In this document: piece by piece, positions 20,601-30,537 of the stretch
Position numbering within the stretch: position 1 is the first letter of the stretch
Layout: each line of letters begins with the position of its first letter
DNA from: Flavobacteriales bacterium
Lineage (GTDB): Bacteria > Bacteroidota > Bacteroidia > Palsa-965
Direction of reading: 5' to 3'
Assembly (NCBI GenBank): GCA_040377305.1
Contig: JBEIPA010000011.1
Coordinates: forward strand, 1-64,000
DNA: 64,000 bases
Program-made: the position numbers and the translations under genes
Notes under the pieces: model-generated
Told to the model about the DNA's origin: nothing
Databases searched by the model: none
What the model saw: only the letters and a program-made list of their open reading frames with translations

Positions 20601-21212
20601 TCACTTACCTTTCTTCTCTCTCGACTCGCGTATGAATTTCATCTCATCGAAAAATTCCCATTGCTCCGTATTTTCATTAAACACGAGATAAACCGTGTGT
20701 GGAGTTTTTCTTTTCTCCTTTAAGCTGTCTTCCGCCAAATCAGGGCTTGAGTTTTCTAGGTGGTGGCGGACTAAAATTTCAAAAGCCATGCCCGCTGCCA
20801 TTTCCCACTGCTCCATACTTTGATTTTCGTCAAATATGAATTTCATTGTTGTCCCGTCAGCCGTTGTGGAATAAATTGAGAAGTATCTGGAGTGTTCACT
20901 TTTCCGGTTGGATGAATCGGAATTTCGGTTTATCAGTCCGTGAACTTTTCCCGCGAGTTTTTTATACTGTGCTTTGATCAACGGGTAATGTTCCTTTGCC
21001 GCTTCCTCTAATAGGGTCGCGAAGTATGGTTTGAGCAGGTAAGCAACAATAGCTGTCGGCATTGCCCACTCTACCGATGCCATGACGGTCGGCTCCATTT
21101 GTCGCACAGCCACGTTTAAGCCAACTCGTCTGGTTTCATTAAGAAATTCTTCAAAAAGAACCTCTGGAAACCTACTCTGGTAGGCTAACGCTATTTGTGT
21201 GGTGCTGTCCAT
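20601..21212 (-). CDS. Hypothetical protein
   Basis: ~203-aa ORF from MDSTTQ. Confidence 0.65.
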   Translation of the reverse strand: MDSTTQIALAYQSRFPEVLFEEFLNETRRVGLNVAVRQMEPTVMASVEWAMPTAIVAYLLKPYFATLLEEAAKEHYPLIKAQYKKLAGKVHGLINRNSDSSNRKSEHSRYFSIYSTTADGTTMKFIFDENQSMEQWEMAAGMAFEILVRHHLENSSPDLAEDSLKEKRKTPHTVYLVFNENTEQWEFFDEMKFIRESREKKGK

Positions 21213-21555
21213 TTGTGAGTCTATATTTTCAAATTTACAGTTTCCGGCGGTGCAAAGCATTAGGTAAAATCCGCGATTAAGTGCTGATCCGCGGATGACT
21301 GATCTATAGATTATCTATTCATGATGTATAGATAATCAATGGATGGGGCGGTTATTTCAATTCCATCCACTTACCCGACCAATGCCAACATTTGCAAAAA
21401 TCGAGCAACCGCCGTCCTCCATTTCCGTTATATCAGTAACGTTCGCCAAAGCAAGAAAAAGGACTCATTCCCGTTTTGTAGACATGAGCGAGAAGAACTT
21501 TGTTTTTCCGGCTTTATGGATTTGGTCATGGCGGCAGTGCAGGTATGTCGAATAG

Positions 21556-22344
21556 TTGAACCAGATAATCAAGAGGATGGAAAAAGAAAATAATCGTGCG
21601 CTGTGGTGCAACCAACTCGCAATAAAGTTCAGCGAATCGCTCAAGAAATCGACCACTGAATTTACATGGCAGGAAAAAGCTGACTTTCTTGACGCAATGA
21701 TCCAGTACGTTGAGCTGATTGAGACCAATCCAGGTCAAGGCTCAAAGTTTTTCACGGAGAGGATCATGAAAACTTTTAAAAGCAAGTTGCAGAAACCGAT
21801 CAAAGAAAAGCTGTTCAAGTTCTTTGATCAGGAACTGGCATGGGTGGAACTGGAAGTCATCGACACTCAAACTTTCAACTCGATACACGAGAATCAGGGG
21901 ATGAGCGATGAGGAGTACGAAGCGTTCCTGAACAATGCGTCCCGCATTCTTAGGACAGAACAGTATCATCATTTCATCTACCAACAGGACGAACAAAGCG
22001 GAACGGAATCGGAAAGTTTAGGAGTAGCGATCAGCACGAAAGGACGACCCCAGCGATCAGCTGGCGACAATCTGACCAAACTCAATCAGGAGCAGACTGC
22101 TTTGATGATTCACTTTCTGAAAACAGGAAGGCTTATTCTAAAAAATGAATACCTGACAGATAAGGCGGCGGGTTTGGCATTTAACATTCTGACCGGTTAT
22201 AGCCCCAACAGTTTACGAACCTCGCTGAGCGAAAAGGAAATTGCAATGCTTCACACCAAAGCAAATCTCACGGAAGTGTACAACGCCTTGACCAATGTTA
22301 CCCTGCTGATTAAGAATGAACTAAACCTGCAGAAGAAAACCTAA
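21556..22344 (+). CDS. Hypothetical mobile-element protein upstream of the excisionase
   Basis: 262-aa ORF with helical C-terminal region (LNQEQTALM...ILTGYSPNSLR); position typical of Bacteroidota integrative elements. Confidence 0.65.
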   Translation: MNQIIKRMEKENNRALWCNQLAIKFSESLKKSTTEFTWQEKADFLDAMIQYVELIETNPGQGSKFFTERIMKTFKSKLQKPIKEKLFKFFDQELAWVELEVIDTQTFNSIHENQGMSDEEYEAFLNNASRILRTEQYHHFIYQQDEQSGTESESLGVAISTKGRPQRSAGDNLTKLNQEQTALMIHFLKTGRLILKNEYLTDKAAGLAFNILTGYSPNSLRTSLSEKEIAMLHTKANLTEVYNALTNVTLLIKNELNLQKKT

Positions 22345-22386
22345 ATGCCTTACATGAAGGTTCAAGAACCCTGACACACGGATTTT

Positions 22387-22459
22387 TCCTGCGGAACTTT
22401 ATTTAAGATTCGCAGGAGAAGAGTAAAACACAACCCTGCGATAATAACGCAGGGTTTTT
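22387..22459 (+). terminator. Two tandem hairpins with shared CCTGCG/CGCAGG arms, the second followed by a T run
   Basis: TCCTGCG...CGCAGGA (22387-22417) and AACCCTGCG-ATAATAA-CGCAGGGTTTTT. Confidence 0.55.
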
Positions 22460-22490
22460 CATTTGTGGAAAATCCATAAAAAAGAAAAGG

Positions 22491-22796
22491 ATGGAAACGA
22501 CAGAATTGAATGCGCTATTAAGCAAGTTGGAGAAGTTGGAACAGCGACTAGAGGAAATTTTCTCCATGAGCAAAGAGGCATTAACATTTGAACAGGCTTG
22601 GAGGTTCCTACGGATCTCTTCTTCGCAGTTGTACAAACTCACATGCAAGCGGATCATACCAGCGTTTAAGCCGGGTGGGAAACTTTTGTACTTCAAGAGA
22701 ACCGATCTGGAAAACTGGATGTTGAGTAACCGTCGGAAAACAGCGAAAGAACAAAAGGCGGAAGTTCTGACCAAACTTGACCGAAAGAAAAAGTAA
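22491..22796 (+). CDS. Excisionase-like helix-turn-helix protein (HTH_17)
   Basis: LTFEQAWRFLRISSSQLYKLT...IPAFKPGGKLLYFKRTDLENWM. Confidence 0.9.
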   Translation: METTELNALLSKLEKLEQRLEEIFSMSKEALTFEQAWRFLRISSSQLYKLTCKRIIPAFKPGGKLLYFKRTDLENWMLSNRRKTAKEQKAEVLTKLDRKKK

Positions 22797-22802
22797 GGGC
22801 TC

Positions 22803-22842
22803 TTATCGTAAAGTTTATCGTAAAGTAGACTTATCGTAAAGT
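22803..22842 (+). repeat. Three direct repeats of TTATCGTAAAGT
   Basis: 22803-22814, 22815-22826, 22831-22842. Confidence 0.9.
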
Positions 22843-22845
22843 GAA

Positions 22846-23235
22846 ATGTTTAATACTAAACAAATGGAAACTGAGAACGAGAATTCCGAAGAGACGAAAA
22901 ATCAAAAACAAACTGGAGAGCAGCCGGAATGGATGAAAGGGCAAATGGGACAAATCATTTCAATTCTGAACCAGCCAGCTATCGCAGCTGCATTGGCAAG
23001 TCTGGGATTGTATTTCGCCGTTGATCCGAAAGCAATTAAAAACGCATTGGACGAAGTTCAGCAAAGCAATATACAGCTGATTCAAAAGATGCATGAGCTT
23101 ATTGAGGAAAATGTGAAGATCAAAAAGCAACTCAAGAAACTCGCCAACCGTGAAGATGAGAATGAAGTTGGTGAAGGACAAATGAATGGTTACCGTAAAG
23201 CTGGCAATGGCAGCCGAACCATTTTCCTGGACTGA
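22846..23235 (+). CDS. Hypothetical protein (hydrophobic segment + coiled coil)
   Basis: AIAAALASLGLYFAV followed by a heptad-like region. Confidence 0.65.
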   Translation: MFNTKQMETENENSEETKNQKQTGEQPEWMKGQMGQIISILNQPAIAAALASLGLYFAVDPKAIKNALDEVQQSNIQLIQKMHELIEENVKIKKQLKKLANREDENEVGEGQMNGYRKAGNGSRTIFLD

Positions 23236-23256
23236 AACAAACTATAATCTGAAACA

Positions 23257-23538
23257 ATGAAAACCACGATGAATGTACCGGTGAAAACCCTTTCGGTTCC
23301 GCTGGATCTGCTGATGGATATTTTCCGAATAATCACTGAAAATAATGTCCCTAATCGGATTAAAGCAGTTAGCGTAAAGGAGAATATTTTATGGCTTGAC
23401 GTAAAGCTGCCAGTTGATCATCCGAACCGAAAAGAGATCGTATCTAACATCAACGCTCTCTTGGAGGACTATCATATCTACGTCAATGGTTCTCCTGACA
23501 ACATGGATTTTTCTACTTATAGCGAAAGTGATTTTTAG
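23257..23538 (+). CDS. Hypothetical protein
   Basis: 93-aa ORF in an operon-like run. Confidence 0.6.
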   Translation: MKTTMNVPVKTLSVPLDLLMDIFRIITENNVPNRIKAVSVKENILWLDVKLPVDHPNRKEIVSNINALLEDYHIYVNGSPDNMDFSTYSESDF

Positions 23539-23562
23539 CGTTTAACGTAAAGTGAAATTGAC

Positions 23563-24402
23563 ATGGACAAATGTTGTGAATTCTGCGGGAGAGGCATAGA
23601 AGGTTTCAAACGTAATACGCGGAAATATTGTGACGATAACTGCAAGCAGTTGGCGTATTACGCGAGAAGGGGAATGACTTGGGGCAAGGATGGATTATCC
23701 GGTAAATCCAATTTATCGCTTAACATAAAGTCCAACTTTACGTTAAGCGATAAAAGTCAAGCGGATTCCGGAAAAGAATCGTTTGTCGTGCAACAAATAA
23801 TCGCACCGCAAACGGAAAAACAAATGGATAGCATAAAGCCAACATCGGAATCGAGGCAGAACGCACTTGTTCGTCGGTCCTACCGTAAAGTAGAATCGGC
23901 ATTACTAACGGCAATCGAACGAAACCGTGAGGGAATAGAAAAGTATTTCTGTTCGCCTGACCAATACTGGACATCCAACGCCATCTCCAATGTGAAATGG
24001 GTCACTATCCGGGTGCGCTGTTTGTTGGAGAACATTCTTCGACTAAGCAATTTGGGCAAGATTGACCGGCAAGCGATCAAACAGCTTTCTGCCGCAATGC
24101 GCGACCTCTCGGAATCGGAGTATTTCCGGTACTTACCAGCAAATTATCCATTTATCGAATTTATCCACGAGCTGAGCACGAAGTTTCACTCGCTGACTCA
24201 GCAAGTAACCGCAAGACAAATTTCATTTAGGCTGAGCACTGAACGTAAAGCTCAATTCATGGCATACAGATTTGTTATCGCTGGCTTTGTTCCGAAATGC
24301 AAATTCAGTGGACTGGATTTTAGTGAAGGGATCATGCGGGGATATGAAAAGGAATTCGCCACCCCATTTCAGAATGGAGACCGAGAGATTGATGATCCAT
24401 AA
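23563..24402 (+). CDS. Hypothetical protein with N-terminal Cys zinc-finger-like motif
   Basis: CEFCG...RKYCDDNCKQLAYY. Confidence 0.7.
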   Translation: MDKCCEFCGRGIEGFKRNTRKYCDDNCKQLAYYARRGMTWGKDGLSGKSNLSLNIKSNFTLSDKSQADSGKESFVVQQIIAPQTEKQMDSIKPTSESRQNALVRRSYRKVESALLTAIERNREGIEKYFCSPDQYWTSNAISNVKWVTIRVRCLLENILRLSNLGKIDRQAIKQLSAAMRDLSESEYFRYLPANYPFIEFIHELSTKFHSLTQQVTARQISFRLSTERKAQFMAYRFVIAGFVPKCKFSGLDFSEGIMRGYEKEFATPFQNGDREIDDP

Positions 24403-24432
24403 TGGATCGGTAAGCGCATAATGGTATATTCA

Positions 24433-25101
24433 TTAGAGCGTCCAGTTCGGCATATTGGCAACAATTGCATTTATCTGATTTTGAATTTCAGGAGTGGTCG
24501 AAGGGTGAGTTAACCTTTCAAGCAATTGATGGTTCAGCGACTGTTGATTCAGTTTGAATTCACATGCTCGCTCCTCTGCCAACTCTGGTCTTGCTAAACC
24601 ATAATATGTAATAGTCGTTGTTCCTTTAGGTGAATTATCCTGTGGCTGTATCAGTACATCGTCGATAAAATCAATGTGCTGTTCATAGTCATCGTGGTAA
24701 GGGTTGACAATTAAAAAGTCATTAGCGGTGGCAGGAAACTGTTGTTGTGCGGGAACCGGATTTGGATTATTGATCGTTGCTTTTTTGTTCTTAGATAGAT
24801 TGCATTTCGTACAGCTATACACTAGGTTATCCGGGGTGGTTTTGAATTGTACATAATCTGTCTTGGAGATCAAATGCTCGAGATTAGAGAAACTTGTGCC
24901 AATGCTAACCCTGCAACGGCAAAATGCACATCGTCCATTTTGTTGCAACCTCAAGTGGGTCCTAATGCTGCTCTTAAATTCCTTGTAGCCTTTATCCCAC
25001 TTTTTGGCACTAGCGTTGTCTGCAGCGATTTCAGCCTGATCAGCGGCTGTCAAAGTATATCGTTGATTTATTCTAAAAATGTATTCAGTTCTAACTGCCA
25101 T
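24433..25101 (-). CDS. HNH endonuclease, PtuB-like
   Basis: CAFC...EHLISK...NLVYSCTKCNLSK, NPYHDD; start overlaps the ATPase stop (TAATG). Confidence 0.85.
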   Translation of the reverse strand: MAVRTEYIFRINQRYTLTAADQAEIAADNASAKKWDKGYKEFKSSIRTHLRLQQNGRCAFCRCRVSIGTSFSNLEHLISKTDYVQFKTTPDNLVYSCTKCNLSKNKKATINNPNPVPAQQQFPATANDFLIVNPYHDDYEQHIDFIDDVLIQPQDNSPKGTTTITYYGLARPELAEERACEFKLNQQSLNHQLLERLTHPSTTPEIQNQINAIVANMPNWTL

Positions 25102-26702
25102 TAGGTTGAAATTTTATTGAGAATAGATTTAACGACCTCCTTTAGAGGATCGCTTTCCTTTAAAGATTCTTTCAGATGAACAAGTGTCTTATAAGTTTGT
25201 ACAGGAACTTTGTTGACCTCCCCTTTCGCACCTTGAGAAAGTTCATCCAGTATCTTAGCGATGTCCTCTGCTACAAATTTATTTCTTGTAGATACAACGC
25301 CAAAGACATTGTATAGAACGTCATCAGGCGACCAGCAATATGTGTCCAGGTCATCGGGAAGTTCCACTACACTGATTCTGCCATTGTCCTCTTCCCTTTT
25401 CAATCCAATGAGTTTTGAGTCCTCTGGCTTCAAATCAGAGATAAGAAAGTGCGAATGTGTCGCGATCAAAATATGGCACGTTCTATATTCCGGGCTTGCA
25501 AAAAGCTCACGCAAAAATGAGAGGTATTGCATTTGCCAATTAGGGTGCAGGCTGACTTCCGGCTCATCAATAAAAAGTAAGCTGTCAGGTTTGATTGTTG
25601 CCATCAAACCGACTATAGAAGAAAAAAAGTGGTATTCACCCGCACTACTTTCCTGTAAGAAGTAACGTCTATCACGTTTCAACTCAATTTCCGGTGGCGA
25701 AATCATGCCCAATGACCTTAACCTTTCAATGTTTACATAGTCCTCACCCAATTGACGGTAAGAGTCATCATCTAACAAATTGTAGTTAATAGTTTTCGCC
25801 GAACTGTAATCGACTTTATTCAACCTATTGCGGTCATACAGCATATTGCAAAACTGACACACTTCGGAAATAATCATTGTATCCTGAACGTACTTCAGAT
25901 AGATACTGAGTTTGTAGGGAGGTTCTGTCTGTGACCCAGCATATCGCTCTTGAATCGTACGGAAATAAGAATCCAAAATTTCAGGCGTCAGTTTGCCGGT
26001 GAAAAATTTACCCGTAAGTGTTGTATAATAGGAGACGTCTATATGTTCTTCAAGATTCAGAAACTTAGTTGCTCTTATCAACCCATTGCGGAATGCTTCA
26101 TCACCAACTCTACCAACGATGAATTCAACAGTCTTTCTAACATAGGATCGGGTGCTTGCATTTTGCGGGCGGTTACGGACTCCGAGATATTTATAGCGTG
26201 GAAATATTTCATCATTGTTATAAACCGGAAATTTATCTGTCAGCATTATTGAGTTAGCAATAATCGCGACTGGTAATACCACATCCTTATATTCGATCTT
26301 CCGGCCGTTCTTGAGTAAATAGGATGGATTCTTACCTGTAAGTACAACCATATCCTTGATTCGATCAGCGTCTAATATATTTGAGTATTCGTAAATGTTG
26401 CCAAAAGTTGAGAAAGTGATTCGGAATCTTCCATCGACGTTATACGCTCGCCGACGATTCTGACTTAGATCATGCAATTCCTTGAACAACTCAATAATAA
26501 TACGGAATAGATTGCTTTTACCAGTACCATTTGGGCCGATGAGTACAGTTGAGTAAATTCCTACAGCTGCATCTGATTCTGAAATGAAGTCGTAGAAAAT
26601 ATTATGTCTGCCAAAAAGTGTGTTACCGCGCAAATCCAGCGAGATCAGTTTAAAGCCTTCGTATTTATGAATCTGCGTTAGACCTTCGGTTAATCCTACC
26701 AT
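25101..26702 (-). CDS. ABC/AAA-type ATPase, PtuA-like (Septu)
   Basis: Walker A GPNGTGKS, signature SAGE, Walker B IDEPEVSLHPNWQ, ATHSH. Confidence 0.85.
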   Translation of the reverse strand: MVGLTEGLTQIHKYEGFKLISLDLRGNTLFGRHNIFYDFISESDAAVGIYSTVLIGPNGTGKSNLFRIIIELFKELHDLSQNRRRAYNVDGRFRITFSTFGNIYEYSNILDADRIKDMVVLTGKNPSYLLKNGRKIEYKDVVLPVAIIANSIMLTDKFPVYNNDEIFPRYKYLGVRNRPQNASTRSYVRKTVEFIVGRVGDEAFRNGLIRATKFLNLEEHIDVSYYTTLTGKFFTGKLTPEILDSYFRTIQERYAGSQTEPPYKLSIYLKYVQDTMIISEVCQFCNMLYDRNRLNKVDYSSAKTINYNLLDDDSYRQLGEDYVNIERLRSLGMISPPEIELKRDRRYFLQESSAGEYHFFSSIVGLMATIKPDSLLFIDEPEVSLHPNWQMQYLSFLRELFASPEYRTCHILIATHSHFLISDLKPEDSKLIGLKREEDNGRISVVELPDDLDTYCWSPDDVLYNVFGVVSTRNKFVAEDIAKILDELSQGAKGEVNKVPVQTYKTLVHLKESLKESDPLKEVVKSILNKIST

Positions 26703-26759
26703 TCGTGATTTATTTTGTTTACTGATTTCAACCTGATAAATTTGACTCTTGCCCGATTA

Positions 26760-28007
26760 TTAAAGCAAGATTCCTTCCAGTTCGTTTTTCCATTTGGCGA
26801 ACCCGTCAATATCCTCGGAGTAGTCATGATATATTCTTCTAAATCCTTCGTCCGCATTGCGAATGTAAGAGCTCTTTCGATGTATCTTAATCGCATTTAG
26901 AATCTGATCAATTCTATTCACTTCATGCTTCAGTGCCGTTAAGCTCTTGTCTGCCCTCCAAATGTATGTAGCCTCTTCAGTGTCCAAAGTTTCCCAAACG
27001 AAGTAATAATTATTTGCACTCGCGATTAAGAAGACAAAGGAGAATGGCTTAATGACAAAGCGCAACTTCAAAATCGAATGTTCGTGTTTATCGGACAGGA
27101 AACGAAGGTGCTGGTAATGCTTAGTGCCAGTGATACTTAACAGGTCTAGAAAAAATTGTTCCTCCTGATTATAAAACACATGGGGCTTAACCTTGCTGTC
27201 TGTGACGGCTTCAAAAAGTTCATCAAGCGTAAAAAGTGATTGATCAAAATCCGGCATGGCAGTATTTTTTATCATTCGCCCGACGAATTCAAATTTCAGT
27301 CCTTCAATTATCTTCTGATCTATTCGGGAGATCTCCGGTGAAATCGCAGAGCATTTAGCTATCTCTCCGGCTTTTACCGTGACTTCGACATGGAATTGAA
27401 ATTTCTTCACATGAAGTATGTTCGCAAAGTAATTCTTAACCGCATCAAACTCTTCCTTAATGTTCTCATTCACAACTTCAAACTCAAGGCTACGACCCAA
27501 TTGTTCTATTCGCTGTGTAAATACTGCACGACCTGGTTTAAAATGAACCTCCTGAATGGGGACTTGAAAGGACTCCATAATTACGCGGGACTGCGGGACT
27601 TGTTCCTGAGCTTTCGTTGTATTGTGACGATAATCAGTTCTCACTGGAACGCTTTCTGTTGAAGGTGTGAAAACGCGACCTCCCTTGCTTCCCCTAATTG
27701 TACCAAGTAATCCGTTCGTGTCAATACTCCTGAAATCTATTCTTTCTATTTCGTGAAGGTCGGGGCTTTCTGAATTTTGATAAGCAGTAAAGTCTGAAGG
27801 AAACGTATTGTAAGCAAGTACCTCTGCAAAAATTCTTTTCTCTCTGGGTCGATGACTGATCACCCTAATTTTCCATGATGCAGGAGATTGAAACCGTTCG
27901 AATCGCGCTGGGATGCAAACCTGTTGTAATGGCAAGCACTTGGACGCTGTGATGAACGCCATGTCACCGTTGAAATTTATAATTAGATCAATACCGTTCA
28001 TGGTCAA
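26760..28007 (-). CDS. Hypothetical protein resembling the C-terminal domain of some Bacteroidota DEAD/DEAH helicases
   Basis: PFSFVFL...WETLDTEEATYIW...RIYHDYS...GFAKWKNELE; the similarity is from memory, not a search. Confidence 0.6.
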   Translation of the reverse strand: MTMNGIDLIINFNGDMAFITASKCLPLQQVCIPARFERFQSPASWKIRVISHRPREKRIFAEVLAYNTFPSDFTAYQNSESPDLHEIERIDFRSIDTNGLLGTIRGSKGGRVFTPSTESVPVRTDYRHNTTKAQEQVPQSRVIMESFQVPIQEVHFKPGRAVFTQRIEQLGRSLEFEVVNENIKEEFDAVKNYFANILHVKKFQFHVEVTVKAGEIAKCSAISPEISRIDQKIIEGLKFEFVGRMIKNTAMPDFDQSLFTLDELFEAVTDSKVKPHVFYNQEEQFFLDLLSITGTKHYQHLRFLSDKHEHSILKLRFVIKPFSFVFLIASANNYYFVWETLDTEEATYIWRADKSLTALKHEVNRIDQILNAIKIHRKSSYIRNADEGFRRIYHDYSEDIDGFAKWKNELEGILL

Positions 28008-28025
28008 TCGCTAGGGAATACGTAT

Positions 28026-29840
28026 TTACACCCCGACTGTCGAAGACGGGAATTTGAATTCAAAAAATGTATCAATTGACCACTTTATCTCCTTCTCAAT
28101 AAACGGGAGCATTTCTTCTGGAATCTCACCAGACATAAACTCTTCGAGCCCACAGGCTTTTGCCGTTTGATATATTCTATTTAAGTGTGCTGCGAATGAA
28201 TGCAGATATCTTTCATGACTTGTTCCTCCATCAATCAGCTTATTGAAATTATTTTTCATTCCATTGAGGTCATAGGCTTCTATTAATGCAATTATTTTCA
28301 TTGAAGTAGCTCTAGCTTCTTCGAAAGCTCCCATAAAGTGAAGTAGCTCATATTTTAAAGACAACCCCAAGGCCATATTCTCAAAATGGTTCAAGCTCTT
28401 GCATCCCTCTACTACTCGGTCAAGATTGACTAGACACTTCTTTAGGAGTTGCAGTTCTGTTTCACTCACAGGACCATCAACCACTCGCGTTACGTTGTTC
28501 CAATTAGCGAAAATGCGATGAAGAAATATCTTCGAGTAAATCCACTTAATCTTATCCGTTGCTACGTTACCCATCGACAAGTAATCTTCCTGTTTAAATG
28601 TGAACTCAAACAGGTCGTTAAGTCTTTGAGTATATAACAATTCCAAACTCTTCCACGTTAAGTATGTGGTTGTTTTCGTGTAATCTTGCACTCGCCCACA
28701 AGTATAAACCATGTTCCTGGATAGGTCATGTACAAGTACAATTTGTTCGGCACTGAGGATACGTGCATAGGCAACGATCAGCGCATGATGGTTAGAACTA
28801 TCTTCAGCGAGAATATTCTCCGTTTTCTTGTACAATATTTCAAGTCGTACTCTATCAGAATCGTTGCTATTCTGAAATTCGGAGTAGACTTTCTCCAGAT
28901 GCAGGAATGATCCTAAATCATTCGAATTCATAATCTCTCCAATCCCTGCTTTAAAGGTTTTCTCGTCAACCATACCTAGCAAGTACTTTGCATGGATCAA
29001 TGTGTAAGTCAGCAGTGATTGAATTTCAGAACTGAACGAACTAGCTTCGTGCTGAGCGAGCTTTAATAAATCAAGCGTTTTGAACAGATTGGATCGCTGA
29101 TAGTAGGCCATACCACAAACAAAGTTGAATACAGGCGAAGCGGACTGGCGCGGGTGAGTACGTTGTTCGATTTCAATGATTCGTCCGAAATCACCTCGAT
29201 TCAACAACTCAAAACCAAATTGATTGATGAAGGCAATGTTCTGATCAATGCTATATACTTCATTTTCATTATCGATCACAATACCGGAAAGTGGTTGGGT
29301 TTCCGAAGAAGAAAACTTTAAATGCGTATTTAACCGTCTCAAGAATTTGCCGCTGTCCAAAGTTTGTTGATATACTTCTCTGATGGCTTCTGGTGAGAGT
29401 AATTTTGAAAATCGTACGTTATATTGCTTGGGCAATTTCTTTGTCCTATGCTTCTTTATTACTGAACTGTAAACATGATTAACCTGTTCTATATAGAACT
29501 TTTCTTGCGTATGCTCATACAAGATGTAATAAGCGGGCATCCCATAATTTAACAGGTAATTAATATTGCTTAATTCTATGGGAAATGAAACTGATTTGTC
29601 CTTGTTGGGTCGAATCGATCTTGTGGATTTGAGCTGAACAGCAAAACGGAAATTGGTGTAGTAACTATCCTGCTTGAGTTCTACGATCAAATCAATACCC
29701 TTATCTCTTTGAGTCTCTTGCCTGATTTCGAATAAGCCCACGTCGAACAACAAAGACACTTTGTTCCTTGAAATGGTCTCTAGGTCTTCATTGGAACTAG
29801 ACGCAGGTAAAAAAGCATCATCGGATACTCGTTTTTTCAT
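28026..29840 (-). CDS. DUF4365-type PD-(D/E)XK nuclease domain + helical/TPR-like region
   Basis: DKGIDLIVE...FAVQLKST N-terminal motif. Confidence 0.75.
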   Translation of the reverse strand: MKKRVSDDAFLPASSSNEDLETISRNKVSLLFDVGLFEIRQETQRDKGIDLIVELKQDSYYTNFRFAVQLKSTRSIRPNKDKSVSFPIELSNINYLLNYGMPAYYILYEHTQEKFYIEQVNHVYSSVIKKHRTKKLPKQYNVRFSKLLSPEAIREVYQQTLDSGKFLRRLNTHLKFSSSETQPLSGIVIDNENEVYSIDQNIAFINQFGFELLNRGDFGRIIEIEQRTHPRQSASPVFNFVCGMAYYQRSNLFKTLDLLKLAQHEASSFSSEIQSLLTYTLIHAKYLLGMVDEKTFKAGIGEIMNSNDLGSFLHLEKVYSEFQNSNDSDRVRLEILYKKTENILAEDSSNHHALIVAYARILSAEQIVLVHDLSRNMVYTCGRVQDYTKTTTYLTWKSLELLYTQRLNDLFEFTFKQEDYLSMGNVATDKIKWIYSKIFLHRIFANWNNVTRVVDGPVSETELQLLKKCLVNLDRVVEGCKSLNHFENMALGLSLKYELLHFMGAFEEARATSMKIIALIEAYDLNGMKNNFNKLIDGGTSHERYLHSFAAHLNRIYQTAKACGLEEFMSGEIPEEMLPFIEKEIKWSIDTFFEFKFPSSTVGV

Positions 29841-29942
29841 TTAATAAATCTAAGCACGATGAATTAAGCTGTTTCAGAAGATGAAATGGAAATGGTGCGC
29901 GTCTCCAAAGAGACCCTAATCGGGGTAATTACTTCAAAAGAA

Positions 29943-30368
29943 TTATTTCACTTTCGAATAAACCACATAAGCACCTTTGGCACTTATCAGCGTCAATGAG
30001 TCAGAAGTAAGGCGAACGATTTCCAAACGTTCATTAGTCTCATTGCCATATTTATCCTTCTTTGTTGTCGCGATATACTTACCGTCTCCTTCAATTGTAT
30101 AATTTCCATTTTCTGAAATGTCATCGTACTCCTTTGAGATATTCAGATCAAATGTTTTGTCATTGTAGAATTCGAGTTCCATGCTTTTAATCTTCATTGC
30201 AGTTTCTGCAATACTTTCGCGATCATATTCGCTGATTGCTTCGTTGTTTGCCGTTGCTTTAAAGTCAACATGATCATAACTCCACTTTCCTACGATACTC
30301 TCCTCTACAGGAGGAGTTCCGCAGGAAAATAAAAAGTTCAGAGTACAAAATAGCATGAGATAACGCAT
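29943..30368 (-). CDS. Lipocalin-like lipoprotein
   Basis: Lipobox LFSC; IVGKW; LTSDSLTL. Confidence 0.7.
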   Translation of the reverse strand: MRYLMLFCTLNFLFSCGTPPVEESIVGKWSYDHVDFKATANNEAISEYDRESIAETAMKIKSMELEFYNDKTFDLNISKEYDDISENGNYTIEGDGKYIATTKKDKYGNETNERLEIVRLTSDSLTLISAKGAYVVYSKVK

Positions 30369-30460
30369 GGGTTTGGGTTTAGCGGTTGGAATCCGAAATA
30401 TAGTAAAGTTTGGAAAATGTTCTGGACAACAGTTCACATGTCAATCCAACTAGTACAATA

Positions 30461-30498
30461 AAAAAGCGGTGCGCACTTTTAGGAGGGTAGCGCACCGC
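30461..30498 (-). terminator. Intrinsic terminator downstream of the XRE gene
   Basis: GCGGTGCGC...GCGCACCGC stem with an A-tract on its 5' (+) side, i.e. a U-tract on the minus strand. Confidence 0.6.
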
Positions 30499-30537
30499 CA
30501 AACTCAAGAATGAGTTTTCGCTGAAGAGCAAATATAT

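Noticed and set aside
22803-22842. CRISPR mini-array
   Set aside because: 12-bp units with 0-4 nt spacing
24433-28007. Retron (Ec78/Ec83-type)
   Set aside because: No RT motifs (YADD, NAxxH, VTG) recognised in adjacent ORFs
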